A stretch of 63,980 bases of DNA, the filler included, from Craspedostauros australis (taxonomy: Eukaryota): NCBI GenBank assembly GCA_030167865.1. It is 9 parts of 9 records of this genome, joined end to end, with 100 filler letters (N's around TTAATTAATTAA, not from the genome) between each part and the next. Parts side by side here need not be neighbours in the genome. Positions count along the whole stretch, not along the records: positions 50,840 to 60,891 come from JALAGF010005471.1; positions 60,992 to 62,434 come from JALAGF010005474.1; positions 62,535 to 63,980 come from JALAGF010005543.1; 6 more parts are not named here. The stretch is one strand, 5' to 3'. The notes under the pieces are model-generated. The model did no database searches and was not told the origin of the DNA. It worked only from the letters and a program-made list of their open reading frames with translations. Below are positions 57,142-63,980 of this stretch, piece after piece. A program made the translations under genes and the position numbers. Positions within the stretch are counted from its first letter, which is position 1. The number at the start of each line of letters is the position of its first letter.

Positions 57142-58561
57142 ATGACAGCATACAACAACACGACGGCACTCATCACACTCACGCTGCTGTGTCTGTGCAA
57201 CTCCATCACAAACTGCCAAGCGTGGGTGACACACAACACACCATCGGCGTCAAAACCATCAACCACACACACACGACAAGGACCGCCACCAGCCGCCACG
57301 GCAACTCACATCAATCCACAGCAAACGCACGTCCTCGTTCTTCCAGGCTTCGCAACCGCAGCCAGCGACTACGTCGATGACCTTGTTCCCAACATCGCAC
57401 AGCAAGCCATCGACGCTGGATGGTGGNNNNNNNNNNNNNNNNNNNNNNNNNNNNNNNNNNNNNNNNNNNNNNNNNNNNNNNNNNNNNNNNNNNNNNNNNT
57501 CCACGTCCTGCCACTCCAGCGACATGATTGGGCACAGACCATCGCATTCGGCATGTGCGATCTCGACTTCATGACCTTCAAGGCACCAGCAACTAAGTGG
57601 GCGTACCGATGGTACCTTCAGAAGGTGGCCAAGGAGGTCAAGAGAATCCAGGATGTTGCCAAGGAGGAAGGCACGACCGCCAAGATCATCCTGGTGGGAC
57701 ACTCCGCTGGTGGCTGGCTCGCAAGGTGAGTTTGGCGAGGCTTTGCTCCTATGCGACTGCTACTGTGTATGCTTCAGTGCTTTGCTCTGCTCTATTCCAT
57801 TCATTTCACTCACACTATCAACACTCGCGTTCTCCCTCCATGCCTCATTCATCATTCGCCTCCTTCCAATCAACAGAGCCGCTGTCGGATACGGAATGGA
57901 TGACACCAACGGCAAGGATCTGCAGATTGACATCGACAGCATTCTGGGAATCGTCACGCTCGGATCTCCCCACATCCCATGCCCCAAGGGATCCGTCGAC
58001 ATCACCGGCGGTGCACTCCGCATCGTTCATGACACCTTCCCAGGTGCCTTCTTCAACGACCGTCTCTTCTACGTGNNNNNNNNNNNNNNNNNNNNNNNNN
58101 NNNNNNNNNNNNNNNNNNNNNNNNNCCGCATCGTTCATGACACCTTCCCAGGTGCCTTCTTCAACGACCGTCTCTTCTACGTGTCTGCTGCCGGATCCGC
58201 ATTGAATGTGAAGCAGCAGCAAGCGCACATCCCTTCCTCACACACCATCACCTCACAGCCAGATGCTGATCACATGCTTGCGTACCAATCGTACAAGTTG
58301 CTGTCCGGTCAAGGACACCAGGACGGTGATGGCATCGTCCCTGTCCCGCTTGCGCACCTGGAGGGTTCCAATCTCCAGATCACCTTGGACAACGTGTACC
58401 ACACCTCCATGCTGCAGAATCAGCATCAGCATCAACATGATCAACGCACATCTCCCACATCCGAAGCCTCGGAATCGAGATGGTACGGATCGAAGGACAT
58501 CGTCCAGCAATGGTTCAGTCCTGTTCTGCACAAGGTGCTGCCAGCCATGATGGTTCAGTAA
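57142..58561 (+). CDS. Alpha/beta hydrolase (PGAP1-like lipase/esterase) with presequence; 2 exons (57142-57725, 57877-58561), gapped
   Basis: VLVLPGF, nucleophile GHSAGG, IVTLGSPH, DGDGIVP (Asp), NVYH (His), WYGS. Phase-2 GTGAGT..ACAG intron at 57726-57876. N-terminal signal peptide ending CQA-W. Confidence 0.8.
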
Positions 58562-60991
58562 CTTGCTTTCCTGCGCTTAGACTTGAAGTCGCAGATGCGG
58601 TTGCAGCCAATCGCCGAACGAGTACGCAACCATGAATGTCGTCTGCGTTACCTGCACCGCCCGTCTGCATGCAGACGCACAATTTTCACCACCCAATACC
58701 ATATCATATAATACAATAGAATACCCTACAATAGATTACCAAACAAGAGAATACCATGAGTGTACGAATGATAATGGCCGATGCGTCTACCGCGCTCATG
58801 GGGACGGCAGAGATCCTGGCTTGACACCATTCCGTTTTGGCTCACTCCATGAACACACAGGAATGCTCAACTCAACTCAATTCCATCGTTGCATCCGTTG
58901 ATTCGAAGCTGGATGCTGCCTCGCTCCCTGTATTGATAGCGCATAATACTTCAGATTGATGGATGCCTTCGAACATGCTTCATCCAGTGGTTCAATGATG
59001 TTACTCGGATGAAATATGCACAAGAGAGAGGAGTTGGAGACGCAGTTTGATGGGGGTGACGGATCTTTGTGGATACCTTTATCGACTCACTTGAATGGAT
59101 CACGCACTTCGATCGTGGAAGCTAGGGACTCATTTGGACACGACCAAACAAGAACAAAAATGGCGCGCCACATCACCAAATTTGTGGTTTCTCTTCTTGT
59201 TCGCCAGAATGGCAGACACGAGACAAGACAACGGCGACGGCGGTGAGGACGCCATGAAGAGGAACGGACGTGGTCGTGTGGTGTGATGTGATGTGGGACG
59301 AGGAAGGCAGCTGAAGGCGGAATGAAATGCCACTGCTATTGATGAGCGCCGATGAAGCGCGGCGTTGCCAATGATGACCACATGACAATCGCGTTGACAG
59401 ACATCCATCGAACAGTGAAGAGAAGAGAAGAGATGAGGTATGAACGTAACCGAGCATGACGGGACGTGATGGGACGGCAAGCAACGGCCATGATCAAGAG
59501 ATGGTGATGCGAAACAGAGAGATGGAGAAACGCAGAACACAGCATTGCTACTCCAAGCATGCCAGCAACGCATTCAACAATCTCATGACGACTCCATCAC
59601 CACGAATGAAGTTACGATGATCATGATGATCATGATGTCAACGTCCACGGATGCAGATCATGCCACCATGGTCAGCGGTATCATCAATATCGGCTATTGC
59701 ACCACGAGGATCGATGGTCGGGGCAGCATCGCAGGATGTGGCCGGCAACCGACATCGCAGTATCCAAGAAGACTGCGCATGCGCAACACAAACCAGACAT
59801 GCTGATCCTCGGCAATATTTCAGCAACCGCGGTTGCTCAGCCTGCTCCAGAGCAGAATATAACACAGGTGCACGAAGCGGAGAAGCTCTGCATGCGTGCC
59901 TGCATGTCGAGCATCCATGGATGGAGGATGCTTCCACATGGCCAGCTCGCAATTGCCAACGCAGGTATTCGTACTTGGCACTTGATCGAGTGTCATGGAT
60001 TGGAAAACACACAGACACAGGCCAGGAATTCGAAAAGCAACGACTGCCGTCGCCGATGAGTCCAGCACCAGTTCTGCTGTGGAGGCGATAATTGCATGCC
60101 AGGCGACGATGAAGGAGAAGATTGACGAAAATGACCAACTTCTTCCCCGCAATCTACATCCAACGGAGATGAAAACATCAGGCAACCGATGCCATGAGGA
60201 CCATACAACATGTCCGACGAGTCATCCTCAATGAAGTCCCTCAAGTGAAGGGCACAGCAGTGCGTTGTGAAGGCTTGTAGCCATCAAAACATCAGCAGAT
60301 CCGCGGCACAAGTCCCAACGCGCTTACCGAAACGTAGCGGACTGGAATGAATGCTTCTGCTCTACCTTTGGAGGGCATGTTTTGCGTTTCGCATCTTCCC
60401 CATGCACTCTTTCCTTTCCCGGGCAGTTGCGGTAGAATTGGCTTGCGTGAACTGTGCGGCAGCGACATCAGGCAACCCTATTGGACTTGACTCCGAGTGA
60501 AAGGGACATGTGCTTTATCAGTTGCTCAACTGTACGTACGTCAGCCAGAGACGTTGGCAATGGATCTGCTCAAGGCTCGGCTGTGCTGACGTTCCGTGCT
60601 CCTCGCTAGTTCACCATCGCACCAACATCTATGGGATCTTCCTATCAGGTTGAGGCGTCACAAATCCGGACCAAAACATCAGCTCTGGCGATTCTGGTAT
60701 GCAGCATGATACCATCCACACCACAAAGCACAGCAATTGCAAAGCGAGCACAACGTGCAGATCAACCTACGTCTTTTCACTGAATGCAAGCAAAAGGGTT
60801 GAACTAGTGAATGGCTCGACATGCGCGGCGCGGCATTGAATGGATCACTGATCATCTGCTTGAATCATAGTTACTAGTACTACTCTGACTCNNNNNNNNN
60901 NNNNNNNNNNNNNNNNNNNNNNNNNNNNNNNNNNNTTAATTAATTAANNNNNNNNNNNNNNNNNNNNNNNNNNNNNNNNNNNNNNNNNNNN

Positions 60992-62434
60992 GCTCATGGC
61001 ATCTCCAATGTTCTCGATGTTGACTACACCCCATCCGATGAACAAGCCGAACTCTTCAAAGTGCAGTCCACCTTCCTGTTCAACGTGTTTGTATCCAATC
61101 TGCAGACCACGAAGAGTAGGAAGTGTGTCACTCCATACGANNNNNNNNNNNNNNNNNNNNNNNNNNNNNNNNNNNNNNNNNNNNNNNNNNNNNNNNNNNN
61201 NNNNNNNNNNNNNNNNNNNNNNNNNNNNNNNNNNNNNNNNNNNNNNNNNNNNNNNNNNNNNCAGTGGCGCAAGACTCGTGAACAGTTTCTGGACCTGTGG
61301 CAACACAAGGTTCACGAACTTGAGGCTTTGCGTGATGATCCAATCGACGACGCAACAAAGAAGGAGTGGTTGACGAATGCCATCGAGAGTGACAAGGCGC
61401 TGTATCAGTCCATCTTCCAGACTGACTACTTGCAGACCGCGATCCTGGCCTACGCCCCCGGAACATCCGCAACCACCATGGAGTTCGATACTCTCGTTGA
61501 GCTCGTCCGTTCGTACGCTGTCCAACTCGATGGCCACGACGCCAACAAGCCAAAGNNNNNNNNNNNNNNNNNNNNNNNNNNNNNNNNNNNNNNNNNNNNN
61601 NNNNNCATCAAGTTCAAGCTGGATAAGCAGTGGCGCAAGACTCGTGAGCAGTTCCTGGACCTGTGGCAACACAAGGTTCACGAACTTGAAGCATTGCGTG
61701 ATGATCCCATCGACGACGCGACGAAGAAGGAGTGGTTGACGAATGCCATTGAAAGTGACAAGGCACTGTATCAGTCTATCTTCCAGACTGACTACTTGCA
61801 GACCGCGATTCTGGCCTACTCACCCGGTAAGACCGCGACCACCATGGAGTTCGATACTCTCGTTGAGCTCGTCCGTTCGTACGCCGTTCAACTCGATGGC
61901 CACGACGCCAACAAGCCAAAGACGCCACGGCAAGTCAACAACACTGATCAGCGCAAGCAACGCGGTAAGGATAAGGACGACGGACCCAATCTCTGGAAGC
62001 CAAACAAGGACTACAGCAAAGAGACACGAGAACGGCTGCCGCGTGAGGAGTTCCAGAAGCTGTCGGATAAGCAACGCAGCGACTTCCTCCAAGCCCGGCG
62101 AGCCAAGTCTGGACGTGGTAAGAAGGACAAGCCTAGGCGTTCCGCCAACAACACCAACCGCAGTGGATCCACATCCAACCAGAACGACCAACAGGACACC
62201 CAGACCAACGACAAAGGTAGTAACAANAACGAGTCTAGTTCTACCGCTGGAACAGCAATCAACCGTATGCTTTCCAGTGCCATGTCTAGCGCGTCCGGGA
62301 GCCCGCCGACTACCCTCGTCATTGACGGTCGCACCTACACCCTGTCTCATACGAACGTATCGTACAAGTTCAACAACGCGAACGTGACTGTGCAAGGCGC
62401 ATTGGTGGATGGAGGTGCGAACGGCGGTCTCGTT
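60992..62434 (+). mobile_element. CoDi-like (diatom copia) LTR retrotransposon gag and start of protease, partial
   Basis: Gag-like FKLDKQWRKTREQFLDLWQHKV..KEWLTNAI..YAVQLD, LPREEFQKLS, and a protease-like GALVDGGANGGL typical of diatom CoDi elements. Confidence 0.7.
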
Positions 62435-62811
62435 NNNNNNNNNNNNNNNNNNNNNNNNNNNNNNNNNNNNNNNNNNNNTTAATTAATTAANNNNNNNNNN
62501 NNNNNNNNNNNNNNNNNNNNNNNNNNNNNNNNNNGGACATGAACACGATCCTGCCTCTTGGCCATCACAGCATCACTTCCACTTTAATTTTAGTACTAAT
62601 TAGCAACAAACAACAGAGGAATAAGGTCCATACTAGTGTATTGGGGAAATAGATAACGCCTCAATTGCATTAAATCATCCTTTTCTTCTTTGGTATGATT
62701 CTTTCGTGTGATCAATGATGTTAGTCTATGCAGTATTGACTAGAAATAGAATATGATTTATGTCTCAGTGAGGACCGAATCATGTCGTAGTTATGTCTTG
62801 GGAATTGTGGT

Positions 62812-63643
62812 TGTGCAGGGAAAATGCATGCGCAGGGGAAAATGNNNNNNNNNNNNNNNNNNNNNNNNNNNNNNNNNNNNNNNNNNNNNNNNNNNNNNNN
62901 NNNNNNNNNNNNNNNNNNNNNNNNNNNNNNNNNNNNNNNNNNNNNNNNNNNNNNNNNNNNNNNNNNNNNNNNNNNNNNNNNNNNNNGCAAGGAAAAGCGC
63001 AGTCGAAGTGCAGTGCATGCGCACGAGCAGGGAAAATGCAGGCGCAGGAAAAGTGCAGTGCATGTGCATGTGCATGTGCAGTCGAAGTGCATGCGCAGGG
63101 AAAATGCAGGCGCTGGAAAAGTGCAGTGCAGTGCATGTGCACGCGCAGTCGAAGTGCATGCGCAGTCGAAGTGCACGCGCAGTCGAAGTGCATGTGCAGT
63201 GCAGTGCATGTGTACGCGCAGTCGAAGCGCATGTGCAGTCGAAGTGCATGTGCAGTGCAGTGCATGTGCATGAAAAGTGCGTGTGCATCTGCATGTGAAG
63301 TGCATGTGCGCGGAAAGTNNNNNNNNNNNNNNNNNNNNNNNNNNNNNNNNNNNNNNNNNNNNNNNNNNGTCGAAGTGCATGTGCAGTGCAGTGCATGTGC
63401 ATGAAAAGTGCGTGTGCATCTGCATGTGAAGTGCATGTGCGCGGAAAGTGCAAGGTGCAAGTGCAAGTGCATGTGCATGTGCAGTGCAGTACAGTACAGT
63501 ACAGTACAGTGCAGTGCAGTGCAGTGCAGTACAGTGCAGCCGAAGTGCATGTACATGCGCATGTGCAGTCGAAGTCCATGTGCAGTGCGCACAACTGCAA
63601 TGCACATGCGTTGCACGTCCGCCGGACATCCGCTGCACGTGCA
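62812..63643. repeat. TGCA-rich satellite (GTGCA/GTACA, GCAGTCGAAGTGCATG and GCAGGGAAAATGCA units)
   Basis: Tandem 5-, 14- and ~18-bp units interrupted by gaps. Confidence 0.9.
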
Positions 63644-63980
63644 NNNNNNNNNNNNNNNNNNNNNNNNNNNNNNNNNNNNNNNNNNNNNNNNNNNNNNNNN
63701 NNNNNNNNNNNNNNNNNNNNNNNNNNNNNNNNNNNNNNNNNNNNNNNNNNNNNNNNNNNNNNNNNNNNNAATCGCGTTTGTTGATGCATCATGACCAACC
63801 AGTTTGCGAATGACATTTATGCTTGTGGCGGAAACAAATGCATGCTTCCATACAAGAATCATTGCGCCCTGTCCTCCAGACCTGTGATGCTCTTCCGAAA
63901 CGAACACGAATGTCAGATGTTGCGCCATTGCTTGGCTGCAAATAGCGCACACCACTATTCCGTTGTCAAGGAACAAGCCC

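Noticed and set aside
59300..60891. Short ORFs in a CA/TG-rich stretch
   Set aside because: Multiple stops in all frames and no motifs; at most a decayed sequence.
62721..63976. Cys/His-rich ORFs resembling metal-binding proteins
   Set aside because: Translation artefacts of the TGCA satellite and N gaps, open on both strands.

Overview
Eukaryotic nuclear DNA, almost certainly from a diatom. Evidence: a silicon transporter (SIT) homolog, bipartite ASAF/ALAF plastid-targeting presequences, a CoDi-like LTR retroelement, and short GT-AG introns. The window is not one locus. It is nine pieces joined by artificial N44-TTAATTAATTAA-N44 linkers, and several internal N gaps have duplicated flanks, so adjacency across linkers means nothing biologically. 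Piece 1 (1-21605) is gene-dense: a signal-peptide thioredoxin/NADPH-thioredoxin reductase fusion, an EngB-like GTPase, a GT49 glycosyltransferase, a plastid MATH-domain/signal peptidase I fusion, a 4-exon double-PHD/AT-hook chromatin protein, an AlaX editing enzyme, then decayed repeats. Later pieces hold a Ty1/copia pol, an MFS transporter, a plastid membrane protein, a type-I beta-propeller membrane protein, a kinase-less STAND ATPase, PIF/Harbinger transposase fragments, MITE-like elements, ankyrin and ankyrin-BTB genes, a Borealin-like gene, a deletion-inactivated SIT pseudogene, a lumen-targeted DUF2358-like protein, a PGAP1-like hydrolase, a CoDi gag fragment and TGCA-rich satellites. 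No rRNA, tRNA or CRISPR was seen. I found no convincing multi-gene novel system. The best leads are the MATH-S26 fusion, the secretory Trx-NTR, the SIT pseudogene, the Borealin-like gene and the STAND ATPase. All family assignments come from motif recognition by eye, not database searches.
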